Position numbers and translations under genes: made by a program. DNA of 61,446 bases, counting the filler, from Choristocarpus tenellus KU-1152 (Eukaryota > Protista > Phaeophyceae): assembly GCA_964200185.2 (NCBI GenBank). It is 12 parts of 12 records of this genome, joined end to end, with 100 filler letters (N's around TTAATTAATTAA, not from the genome) between each part and the next. Parts side by side here need not be neighbours in the genome. Positions count along the whole stretch, not along the records: positions 10,364 to 19,192 come from CAXNAD020004284.1; positions 19,293 to 22,684 come from CAXNAD020020347.1; positions 22,785 to 26,372 come from CAXNAD020019088.1; 9 more parts are not named here. One strand, 5' to 3'. Each line of letters starts with the position of its first letter. Position 1 is the stretch's first letter. Under the pieces are notes generated by a model. The model ran no database searches, was not told the DNA's origin, and saw only the letters and a program-made list of their open reading frames with translations. Below are positions 12,501 through 24,048 of the stretch, one piece after another.

Positions 12501-14550
12501 CCTTGGGAACCTCTCGTGAGTCAGAGGAAGAGTCAATGTGCAACATAGAGCAAGTGCAGTCTGACCTTCCACAGTCAGCTCGCCATGCTGAGAGTGTTGT
12601 GTGGCTCCACACTGGAGCAGGAACATACAAAATGATAAGAATATGCTGTTGAACTATCCCACACTAAAAGCCGCGGGTTCAGTGTGGGATAGTTCAACAC
12701 GCTACGTAGCGGATCGAATATTCCTGGGACGTTGTGCGAAGCGACAAGACTGGCAGTGAGCATTGTTATTGTGTACAAGACATCTGCCGGCAACCCCATC
12801 AGGGTCGCCAACCTCCCCACGTTCGCTGGGAAGTAGGGAGAGGATTTCCTCGGTTTTGCGGTTCATTCTTAGGTCATCCGAAACGTTTGTAGCTGCGACT
12901 TTGCGCTACTTGACCCTGACATAGTCTGTGAATGGGTTGATTTGGACATGGAGTCAAGGAAGGCTGCACCCAAGTCCAAAGTATAGTGCGCGAGTGCTTC
13001 AGCAGCCACGGTAACATTAGGAGACGCCAACTGCATTAGCGCTTAAGCTCTCCAATCGTGGAGATGAATGGCGAATAGTTTTGGACAAAAAAAATCCAGA
13101 AACAAAAAGGAGATGTCAATCATCTTGTCTTGCTTGAGTTAATAGCTTTCCAACGATGCTCTGGTAGGTGTGTGTAGCATCATCACCTCCAATCTCTAAA
13201 ATGTATTCCTTTTGTGGAGACCGGATTATCAAGTACTTTTGAGGACCCTGTTATGGATGCTCAAATCAGGTCATGGTCCTTATAACCCTTGAGGAAACAG
13301 GCAAAGACAACATGCAGCACACAATAGATTCAAATTAGAAATTCAAAAAATGAGGTCTGAACATACCCACCCATGCACATTTTTTTTTATGTCTCCATCA
13401 CACCACGGGTTATCAAGTGCATATCAAATATGTATATATAAATACATCGACTCTCACAAGAATTTCATTTTCAACAGTAAGAACCCAAAATCACGAAAAC
13501 AATTTTTTTTTAAGATTTTTGACACGTGTCTTTGCCTTGACCTCAACTCATCTCCTTGATCCATGGTCCCATGAGGGAAGAAACACAAGGACAAGGAAAG
13601 AACTCTGTGCTTGAAGTCAGAAACACTGCTGATGTTCGGACAGTGCACATCAATCCAGCGTGACCTATGCCACACTAGCAAAAAATTCCTTCATCACAAA
13701 AGTAATAAGATGTTATCCAATTGATACCGTGATGTTGACTAAATCCAATGATGTTCTAGGATCTGTATAGAGACAATAGCGGAACAAAAGTCTTTTTGAA
13801 TACAATATTCCACACATGCAGAGTCACCACTCTGAGTGGCATTCTTCCAGCAGTGAACTCATTCTGCACTTACACCCCGGCCTCCTTTTTTATTTCTCCA
13901 CAAACTTGAGAGAAGATAAAAAGCACATTACTGCATGGTGCCCGGACAGGTATTGTACAACAAAAAATACCAATGCTGCATCCTTTTCTACGAAGCAGGC
14001 GTTTCATGCAATGAAAAACCATAGTGGAACAGTCATCCCAGCAGTAGACATCAATCGAAACCCAGGCAATGGCAGACAGACAAAAAAAATCACTTAAAAT
14101 GAGGCTCTTGGCTTCCTTCCACATAGGCACGCCAAAAAAGAACAAAACTACTTTTGAAAAATTCGTATTTGCCCTCACTACCAGAAAGAGAAGAAAATAG
14201 GACCAGCTAACGCTACTCTACTTTAGCACAGCATGTCAAGCCAGTCAGAGAGGTCTAGCTGTGTCAACAATCACACATTCCAACCACAGCACTCTCTCTC
14301 TCTCTCCACTGCTATCTAACTCTACCTGGAAAAAAAAGGACAGGTGAAAGAATTTTCTCGACATTTTCCTACACAAAAAATATGTATCACCGAAAGTACG
14401 TTGCAGAGTTCAACAAGACCAAAAAAAAGCATTATACAAATGCAACCAGAGCCTGAAGGACCTACATTCCACATATCCACCCTGCACACAAAAATTAAAA
14501 AGATAATGTGGTAGTGGTGATAAGGAAGAATGCATCACAATCGTTACACG

Positions 14551-14610
14551 AGACTATACTGTATAAGACTATACTGTATAAGACTATACTGTTTAAGACT
14601 ATAACGTATA
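14551..14610 (+). repeat. 15-bp tandem repeat AGACTATACTGTATA x4 (degenerating)
   Basis: Directly visible. Confidence 0.85.
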
Positions 14611-14882
14611 ATGTATGACAGTTGTAGAGTATTGCACTACCTCAATACACTATCACCAAGGATATGCTACTGGCGAGCATCAGCATCAGGGCCAATTCTC
14701 TAGCATATTGCTATATCAGATTAGATGTGTTTATGTACATCATTGTCCTGATCTAGTTCTGACCCACTATTTCCACCAGTGTTCTTTCACTCCCCCAAAT
14801 GCTGGCACAGGTCACGAAATCCACCCCACTTGAGCATTCTAACTCCCCTTGTCTGTTCCTGTAAAAAAATCAACTAGAATGG

Positions 14883-14920
<38 letters not shown>

Positions 14921-15078
14921 AAAAATATCTTATTTTTAAACATGTATACAGTCTTCATTTCAACAACAAAACTCACAAAACAAAAATTATAACGGGGTGC
15001 AAACGGCACCGAATCAGAAAAAAAAGTGACTATAAATAAAATTTAAAAAATCTTGGGATGAAAACATAAAAAAACACA

Positions 15079-15143
<65 letters not shown>

Positions 15144-15307
15144 GGCGCGGTTCCCCTCTGACCTTTTTCAGTCAAAAAAGTCACTGCATACTAAGAAAAA
15201 GAGTTAACATGTTCAAAACTGCCACATTTATACAAAAGACATGAAAACCAAATAAATTCCCACGCCATTGAGCGCACACTCTCCGGCGTATGGCCCTCCC
15301 TCCTTCC

Positions 15308-18300
15308 TCACCGTGCAACAACGGACGCAATGACCATGACACCGACGGAGTAGGTAAAGAGCACCACCATGGCGGTGGAGTCATTGGCGTCTAGTGTTCG
15401 CATGCAGAGGTTAATACCCCCTGTCAATAAATTTGCCACAACAAACACCATGAACATGTTGCTGTTCACCGCTGACAGCAGCTTCGACCGAGGAGGCCTT
15501 GTGCTGCAAAGGTAGTAGCATATGCAGTGTGTGTGAGAGATAAGAAAATAGGGTCGGATGCACCAACAACAGGTGCTGCGAGGGTAGTAGCATATGCAGT
15601 GTGTGTGAGATAAGAAAAGAGGGTAGGATGCACCAACAACAGGTGGCGGGGATTGAAAGTCAGCAAAGCTAATATGATGCGCACACTGTAGAGAAACTGC
15701 AAGGATTCGAGTTGTGGGATTAGTTCAACATCACAACAGGTCAGCACGGCACAAACAACAGCAAACGGGACCTGGCATTGGACCCACCAGAACAAATCTA
15801 CAAGCAATAGTAGAAGGAGCACCAGAACGCTGTATGCACACACCCAGAGTACGTAGGTCAGGTTCACCAGACGCCTGCCAAGGAGTTTTGGTTTGGTTAC
15901 AGGTGTCGGAAACCTAGGAGCAGAGAGACATTCCGATCTGAACCACATCTTATCGTCCTGACTAAGGAACGCTGAATCTGAACGGGGTAGGGCTGCTGAG
16001 ACAGCCCAAGACCACAGTGGTTTGTTTAATAGAAAATAAAAAAATACTGCACTGCTTTAACTCAGAACAATAAAACTGTCGCATGCGGAAAAAAGCTTCT
16101 TAAACGCCAAGTGAAGTGCTCTCTCTATCGTGCATGCATGGAGTTGATGGTACTCACCATTGTTGCGCCCACCCTTCTGGAATGATATATTTTGCCCCAG
16201 GATGAGCGTTGTTCTCTCCTCTCTCTACAAACTCTTTCTTAGCTGATGGCCTCACACACACGCACGCATGCACGCACAACTTCAACTCCAAATGTGTCGG
16301 CTGAATCAAAAAGGAAATTCAGAAGAAAGTGTCGACTATTCCCAGTAGATGAAACCACTTCCGATGCGCTTCAGGGCAGATAAAAAATAAATAAATAACT
16401 CACCTAGAAGTGTCCTGAACGAAACTTCGGCTAAGCAAAGTCAATGCCCACAATGCAAAAGCAGCGCCAGAAAGACGGGTCACACACACTCTGGACAGAT
16501 GATCTACCTTCGCCTGGTGGAAAAATAGCAAAACCATAAACAGGAAGAGGCGCTTGTCGATAGAGTAAGAACAACCTCGCTTACTGTATGCCTGCCGTAA
16601 ATACTGCACGACTCGGGTAAATTTAGAACAGCACCCACTCCACTGCAATGCAAAGTTTGTCCGTAAGTGAACAGAGTCTCGTGCCACTCACCTGTTCCTC
16701 ATGTTCCTCAGTGGAAGGTTGTAGGGCAAGGCTCCTCCCCATTGCCTCCCCGACAAGGTAGGTAGTGGCGAACCCCAACAATCCTAGGATGCCCTCACGA
16801 TTTTTCGAGAAGAAGGAATCCCTTGGAGAATGCACCACAAAATCTGTGAGCCCTTGCTCACACAAAAGCCACTGGTAAACACACAGACATGCAAAGGCTA
16901 CCGGCACCCTCAATCGAAGAGGACAAATCAACCTGCTTACTACCGCCAACATACGCACACAAAAAATTGTGGCGAAGAAATTCCAATGAATACCGTACTC
17001 AGATACATGCTCCTGATAGTTAAGCGCCTTAATTGCCACCAATCGAGAAATCCCAAGGGCAAGTAGTGGCCAAGACCACCTTGCGCAGGATAAGAGCTCT
17101 GGAAGCAGGGCACGAGGCCGTGGTTGCCATGGTAGCATCCCCTGGACTGATGCATCCTTGCATCCTCGAGAAACACCACTGCAAGGAAACGCGCGCACAA
17201 CAGTGACCGAGGAGCTGAGGTATGTAGGTGTATTGATCCTCAGAGTTGAAGTTGCATCTCGAAGCAGGGCTTATCACACGTGATGTTAACTGCCATCATA
17301 CAGAAGTCTTGTGACCGAAGAGACACAAGTAGGCATACTATAAATTGCAATTAGCGACTAACAGAAATGCGAAAGAAATGCGAAAGAAATACCCACCCAC
17401 CTTGCGAACAGGGTAACCCCTACTCCCAGATCCATGAGTCCTGTGCCATACACCTCTGTCTTTGCAAATCGACGAGGAAAAACCTGTGTACCCCATAGGA
17501 CGATAATCGAGTTAGACAAGAGCGTGGGGTGGTAAACAGCAGTGTCCTCACGGATCAAGTGCCACTGCTTCTCTTGCCTTGAAGTCCACAGCGAGGATGG
17601 TTATGCAGGTCATCGCCATTATACTAGCCCGGTAGTTCGAGATGAAGTCCTTCCGAGGACCAAGCAACGCCGCCGCCCGGTCTCGTTTCCACAAGTCCGT
17701 AAGCTTTCTGAAATATTTCGGAAGCCAGTCTGCCGACGAGTCCTCCTTGCGCAAGGCATCCCGCGTATATACGCCAAGGATCACATTGCAATAGAGGCCT
17801 GTAGACATTAGTAAGACGAGAACGGAAAGGTTATGGGTACATAGTATTGAATTGCCCGAGGAAATGGTTGTCCCAACCGTATAAAGGTGAAGAAATTGAG
17901 GGACGACGATATTGAGGGCAAGCGAGGCTCTCTTGGCAGTTGCAGGGATGTCGCTCAGCATCTAATGAACATGGATGGGTCTGCTTACTTGTGACCACAA
18001 TTGAAGCCACAACTGCAATGGTGGAGGATGCCATGGTCGTACACCATAGGGTGGGTATTAGAAGGCAGAGGATCTCCACCGAAAAATGAATTCCCGTCCA
18101 ATTTTCTAGTGCAATATCACCCCATAGAAGTTGAAGAACAGCCTGCGTGGGGGGAAAGGACGAATGGGGTTGAGCCATGTATTTGCATGGGCTGAGGGCA
18201 ACCTTTTGTAAACCTTACGAGAGGAGGAAAGAAAATCTCGAGTTCATACAAGAGAAAAGAGTGATCACCTTGACTTCTCCGAGAAGCCACAATCCTGCGG

Positions 18301-18676
18301 GGATGATGCTGCTCACCATCATCACCTCCCTGGACAATATAACCGAGTGGGGCATAGGAATTTGGAGTCAAGGTACGCTCGAAAGTCCTCTAATATAAAT
18401 ATTCTTTAGCAATGATATTTCTAACCTCATGGTAGTTCCAGTGAGACCAGTGACGAAATCTTCCTGGGCTCTCTTGTAATCCGCATCATCGGCCGAGGGG
18501 AACTGCCATAGCGAGCAACACACTTGCCAAGGTTTACAATACCATCCCACGACTACAAGAACAGAGAGAAAAAACCAAACTCTCATCCAAGTATTACAAG
18601 GGGATTCAGGGGTATCTGGGGTGATCCACGAACGGGTTGACAACCGTTTTGGGGTGTTCTTCCCCATAGTCGCCAT
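15308..18676 (-). CDS. PIGW: GPI inositol acyltransferase PIG-W/GWT1, apparently complete; exons 18676-18426, 18329-18269, 18142-17989, 17798-17578, 17483-17401, 17178-16692, 16513-16404, 15874-15788, 15503-15308
   Basis: Motifs YKRAQEDFVTGLTGTT, YRASIMAMTCITILAVDFK|VFPRRFAKTEVYGTGLMDLGVG, YQEHVSEYGIHWNFF, NREGILG, SRRLVNLTYVLW and ANLLTGGIN. All phases are consistent; intron 4 is GC-AG. The start codon is uncertain (18676 or ~18586). Confidence 0.93.
15511..15648. repeat. ~72-bp tandem duplication at the 3' end of the last PIGW intron
   Basis: Two copies of GGTAGTAGCATATGCAGTGTGTGTGAGA..TAAGAAAA..GGATGCACCAACAACAGGTG. Confidence 0.85.
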
Positions 18677-19493
18677 GGTCTTCTCCTCGATATGATAGTA
18701 GTGACACAACTTAGGGCTTGGTTATGAGGAGTAGGTTGGAACCAATACATCAATACTTTTTTCTGGAAGTTCAATTGAAGATGAATTTTATGTAATAATA
18801 GTTTAGTATTAATCAGTAGTCAATCCATATTTTTATTTAAGGGGTGGAATCATTTTATTATTTATCTTATTATATCCTCTATCATTTAATAGATGCGATG
18901 AAAAAACAAGAAAGAAAAAATGTCTTTGAACGATCACTAGTGTAGGAAGAAGAATGATTGCGACCAATGTTAATGTAAATCCTAAAAATACCAACTAAAT
19001 ATCTAAACCATTGTACGATACAGTAGGTATCCCGATTTTGTTCACCGATGGGCATGCCCGAAAAAGGCGGTACAGAATTGATGTGGACAATATCAATATC
19101 GTTTTCGTAGTACTTAATCGTGGTTAGTGTGAATCGTGTGTTTCTGTGGCGGCGTGGTTCACTCAGACAAGGGTGGCGAAGAGAATCACCGGNNNNNNNN
19201 NNNNNNNNNNNNNNNNNNNNNNNNNNNNNNNNNNNNTTAATTAATTAANNNNNNNNNNNNNNNNNNNNNNNNNNNNNNNNNNNNNNNNNNNNGATGAAAT
19301 TCTAAGCGATTTTTTTCACAAACAAGCCGAAATTTTTTTTAATGAAAAAGGAGACCCGGGGGGGGGGGGGGCACAATAGGTGGAAAGTACATACATGCAC
19401 TGGGTAGGCTAGTTTTCTACACCTTGCCCATCTGAGATCGCTTAGCCCTTACCCTTCATTTACACATCAGTGCAACACAACGAATCACGTTTC

Positions 19494-19687
19494 GGCTCAA
19501 AGTATCTTGAGGGGGGGGAGGCGGGAGGGGAGGGGGGGTCTGCATCAAGGGTGTCCATTCGGGTCCTGACCAGGAGAAGTGCACTTACAGTATCCATCCA
19601 ACACACGCAACCAAATCACCAAAAAAACGCATATGGAAAAATGGACACCGAATGGACAGTCACCACCCCCCAGACACTTTATGAGCC
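19494..19687 (+). mobile_element. MITE family A (~185 bp), TSD TTC
   Basis: GGCTCAAAGTATCT+G-run ... C-run+AGACACTTTATGAGCC. The internal sequence is homologous to the copies at 49461, 55582 and 59095, and TTC flanks both sides. Confidence 0.85.
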
Positions 19688-19793
19688 TTCACTGGAGTAT
19701 GTCTTTTTCATGTTCGAAGGCATCATTTTTTTTGTGTGTATGTGTCTATGTGTGTCTGTGTCCTCTTGTGTGTGTGTCATGTGACATACAAGG

Positions 19794-20051
19794 GAGCGAG
19801 AGTGTCTTAGATGGTACGAGTTTTGCCCTGTTTGTCCATTTGGGGCTTGGCTTCCCATGGGTTTTTTTCATACATTTTACTACTCCAAAATGTTTCGGAG
19901 TAGGCAAAATGTATACATTATGAAAAGGTGTGTCCAGAACATGGATATGACACTTCCCAACAAACACAACGGCCAAAATTATATCAAAATCTCAACATTG
20001 GATTGTGGCCCCCAAATGGACGCGATTCTGCCCTCTAAGATACTTTGACTC
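19794..20051 (-). mobile_element. MITE family B (~255 bp)
   Basis: Ends in CCCTCTAAGATACTTTGACTC, is the reverse-complement homolog of 39975-40233, and has a central palindrome TACTCC(G/A)AAATGTTTCGGAGTA. Confidence 0.8.
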
Positions 20052-21590
20052 TACTCCATACACATACCACATACTCCGAGCCATAGCATCCTAGATGGGG
20101 GGTGGATTTTGGTCATTTTAATTGTAAGGTGGCTTATAAAATGTTGTGAATTCCTAAACTATTTTTCCTTTCCTACCAAGTACAAAGCAAGTCATCCCAA
20201 TGATGAGAATCAATTTTTCGTAGTTAGTTGGGGTTGCTGCCATATTGTCCAGCCTTTTATCACAGTACAACACCACTTCAACTCTAATTACTACTAGTAA
20301 GTAACAAGACTGATCTTGTCAAATATTGATGAGGTATCCCCCATTCCACCACAGGGCAGACCAGATGGTCACATATCAATGCTTGGCAAAAACCATAGCT
20401 TGTGGGATCAAATCCCAGCTGGATCGCTTTCCTGACTCCCCCTACAGCAGGAGAATAAAGGTAACGTTTTTGTTTGACATACACTACTCAAGGTCAAGAT
20501 GTCACACTACAACAAGTACATGACAATAGTGCACTATTCATCATTCAAACACACACATCCCCAATATAGAGTCAACATACGGCACATGGGTAGGTTTGAG
20601 CACACCATACCAAACGCAAAAATAACGTATGTGTAGCAAAACCTAGAGAACCAACAGAGCATGCATGTGTGTACCTCATCGCATGTTAGTGGACCAAGCG
20701 GAAAGAATGTCTTTGTCGTGGTACCCAAGGTTTGAAAAGGGACCTTTTTTCAAGCAGGTCACCAACTAATTCAGACATCTCTCACCTCCTGCCAACTTTG
20801 AAATTGACATTCAGTCAAGTCCAGGGGTATGACGTTATGCATCTACCACAAATTGGTAGATTAATTCCACACACATACCAACAACAATTGTTTTCCTCGG
20901 CCATATCGTACCACCTACTAAACCAAAACCCTATGTATAAAGCACTGCATGGGACCCCCCCTCCCCCACCTCTTGCCCTCTGCGCTGGCATCACTCCCAT
21001 CACATACTCTGGGTGTGTGTTTACCACACAACGCATCACCAGGTGCATAGGGGCAACAAGCAAAAAGGGCAAATAAAAGCAGGGTCTAGACCTCTTCCGC
21101 TCCCGTAGTCACTACAACTGATGGAAAAGAACAAGAAATTTCAAAAATCGTATTTAAAAGATCCACATTTCTACAACAGCTGCACCTAACTAAGGATGCG
21201 GCAAAAGAGAGACTGGATTTAATAACACAGAAATGACACAAAACACACGCGCGCGCGCGCAAAAGAAAACAAAAGACTCGAGGTTTTTGCATTATTCTCA
21301 ACTCTTTTCTTATAATCGCCTGAAAATATATATATACTAAGTAGTACGTAGTATATACATTTCTACGAACAAAAAAAAAGATCTCAAAAAAAGGTCTAAA
21401 AAAAAGAAAAAAATATGTGATTCCAATACTACCAAATTGACACGCCACCACAGCACTCGAAATTCCCAATACTCTTCATGCTACACTATACTAAATACTA
21501 TACATCAACCCCCCCCACTCAAAATCGACTCAAAATCGACTCAAAATCGACACAAAAGTGGGCAGATCGCTCGAAACATTTGTTCCCAAT

Positions 21591-22490
21591 TCAAGGCAAT
21601 GCTCTCGGTCTCGGGCGCTCAACATCCTCCACTGCGCAGTATTCCAGCGACTCCAACCTTCGAGACCCGCGCTTCAATGAAGCACCACCTATCAGACTTG
21701 AGCCTTCCCCTAGGTGACATCCCGAGCTGGCCAAGTTCACGCCGGCGGACTCTACATCCTCCATCACTCTGTACTCCAAAGCTCCCAAAGCCTTCGACTT
21801 GGGCGGAAGTGGAACACCAGGACCGACGACGGGCTCCGCGTCCTCCAAACTGTGAAATCCGCGCGATTCCATAGTCCAAGCGAGGTCCGCCGCCGCCGAG
21901 CAATTAGGAGCAGGGATCCGCGCAACCCCCCCAGCGCTCAGGGTCTCAACTTCCCGCAATAGTCTCGTCGGTTTCACAACGGGCTCTGCCCCCTCCACCA
22001 CAACGTAGCCTCGCGACTCCAATCCTCGCACGCCCCTGTGAGCGTCGACGGATGACTCCATCTTCTCTTCTGCCGCACCGAATCTCGAAGTCTCTGACTT
22101 GAAACCGTAGGCTACCGAGTTCTTCCGCCATTTCTGCCTCTGCCTCTGTTTCTGCTCCTCCTCCTGCTGCTCCTCCTCCTGCTGCTGCTGCTGCTGCTGC
22201 TGCGCTGTACTCTTCTCAAGCTCGTCGTCATCGTTCGACGGTTCCAAAAACATAAGCTCCCGGGAACCGCGCGGGGACCGCGATGACGGCGCCGGCTTTT
22301 GAACCTCCTCGATCTCACAGAACCCTCGCGCTTCCAGTCGTCCAAAAGTGAACTGCGGAGGGCTTGGCGCAGAAGGACCGATAATAGACTCCACATCTTC
22401 CACCGCACAGAAACCTAGCGAACTGAATCCCTGGAAGGCGTTGTTGGAGGACACACTGAAGCTGTCTTCTGATTCCACTTCAACTTGTTC
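21591..22490 (-). CDS. Terminal exon of an unknown, probably disordered protein with a poly-Q/E tract and six copies of a ~14-aa motif
   Basis: 900-bp GC-rich open frame starting after a polypyrimidine-CAG acceptor at 22490 and ending in TGA. Repeated motif (L/M/F)xx(R/L)(G/E)(F/Y)xx(V/I/L/M)E(D/E/G)(V/A)(E/Q). Confidence 0.7.
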   Translation of the reverse strand, partial: EQVEVESEDSFSVSSNNAFQGFSSLGFCAVEDVESIIGPSAPSPPQFTFGRLEARGFCEIEEVQKPAPSSRSPRGSRELMFLEPSNDDDELEKSTAQQQQQQQQEEEQQEEEQKQRQRQKWRKNSVAYGFKSETSRFGAAEEKMESSVDAHRGVRGLESRGYVVVEGAEPVVKPTRLLREVETLSAGGVARIPAPNCSAAADLAWTMESRGFHSLEDAEPVVGPGVPLPPKSKALGALEYRVMEDVESAGVNLASSGCHLGEGSSLIGGASLKRGSRRLESLEYCAVEDVERPRPRALP

Positions 22491-23421
22491 CTGCGGGGTG
22501 GGGGTGGGAGTGGGGGTGAGGTGGGGTGGGGGGATGAGGACACACGACGATGGAGAGTACCAGCAAATGTCCGAACAATGTGAAACAAGCTATTGAAGAG
22601 GGAATTCTTGCCATGCCTCGGGGAGGAAGCAAAGTTAGGGCTGGTAGAACCAATCGAACGAAATTTGGTTACAATTAAGACTGGNNNNNNNNNNNNNNNN
22701 NNNNNNNNNNNNNNNNNNNNNNNNNNNNTTAATTAATTAANNNNNNNNNNNNNNNNNNNNNNNNNNNNNNNNNNNNNNNNNNNNCCCCTCAGATACTTTG
22801 GGTCTGAATGAAATGATTGAAAAGACAGGAGGAATGGAAACGATCATTTCCGCTAATGGAGCACAATTGTGGTTGTTCCTGTAAGCACCATCAGCAGACA
22901 CACTGCCCCGTTGTCATCACAGGCAACCGATCACAAAGTGGTGTAGACTCGATATACCTGCCTTGTGAAAATACTTCGTGGGTAAAAACACACTCTCTTG
23001 TACTCGATGTATTGAGACCTTCAATGAGGACACCACTCTACTTCTAACTGCAAGACAATACATTGACATCTCAATCATACAACTCCATAACTTGGAATAC
23101 AGGTGGATGCCAGCCCTCTCTATAGATCTAACACCATTCCATAGAAAATTGTACCATGGAGGGCACCATCTTAAAAAAATATGGTCATAGTATGCCAGGG
23201 CCTCTCCCAACTTACCCCCACCGGAAGTTAAGACAACAAATGTGATCAGCCACAGGCACCTACAAAATCAATAGCTAAAATTAACATACACACATATACA
23301 CAAAATAGTATTCCAACAGCTTCAACCACGAGAATCAACACGTGATTGCCAAGTCTCATTTCTTATCTGTCTCTGACTTCCTCTAGCCTCCAATCAGATA
23401 AATCTCTGTACCCACACAGAC

Positions 23422-24012
23422 TCATTCCCCAAACATCACAAAACACACAGGCACAGACCTCAATTCCTGCAGCCTGGCCTGTCTCTCTGCGGCGTCCTGC
23501 TCCCCTAGGGTTGGCCTCCCATTTGAAGGGCGCAACAGCTGTCCTCTCAGCGCAGAGTTACCCCACCGATGACTCTTCTTGTCCACAACAGCCGGATGCC
23601 TACCAACACCCATCTTGGTCGCAGCACTGGCATTAGCACCCCTCCCAGCCCTGACCCCTGCTCCTGCTAATGATGGTATCCCTAATGATGGTACGCCAGT
23701 ACCTACTTCAACTCCCCCCGGATCCACACCCACTCCTACGTTCTCAGTCACTTCTTCTGTTGACCTAACCCTAACCCTAACTCGATTTCTTGCGAGTTCT
23801 CCCGCAGAAGTGGTGTCCACATCAGCATAACAACCAGCATTACTTCCCTCACTCCCCACACTTCCATCATTGCTCCTGAAGGTGTCCCCTACAGCATCCT
23901 TGGTGGTGCTCTTGTCAAGCCCCTGCTCCTCTCCGCTGCACCCTCCTGATCCCCCTCCCACTGGCATTGATGCAGTGCCATCATCCTCACATACTCCCCC
24001 CCCCCCCCCCCC

Positions 24013-24048
<36 letters not shown>

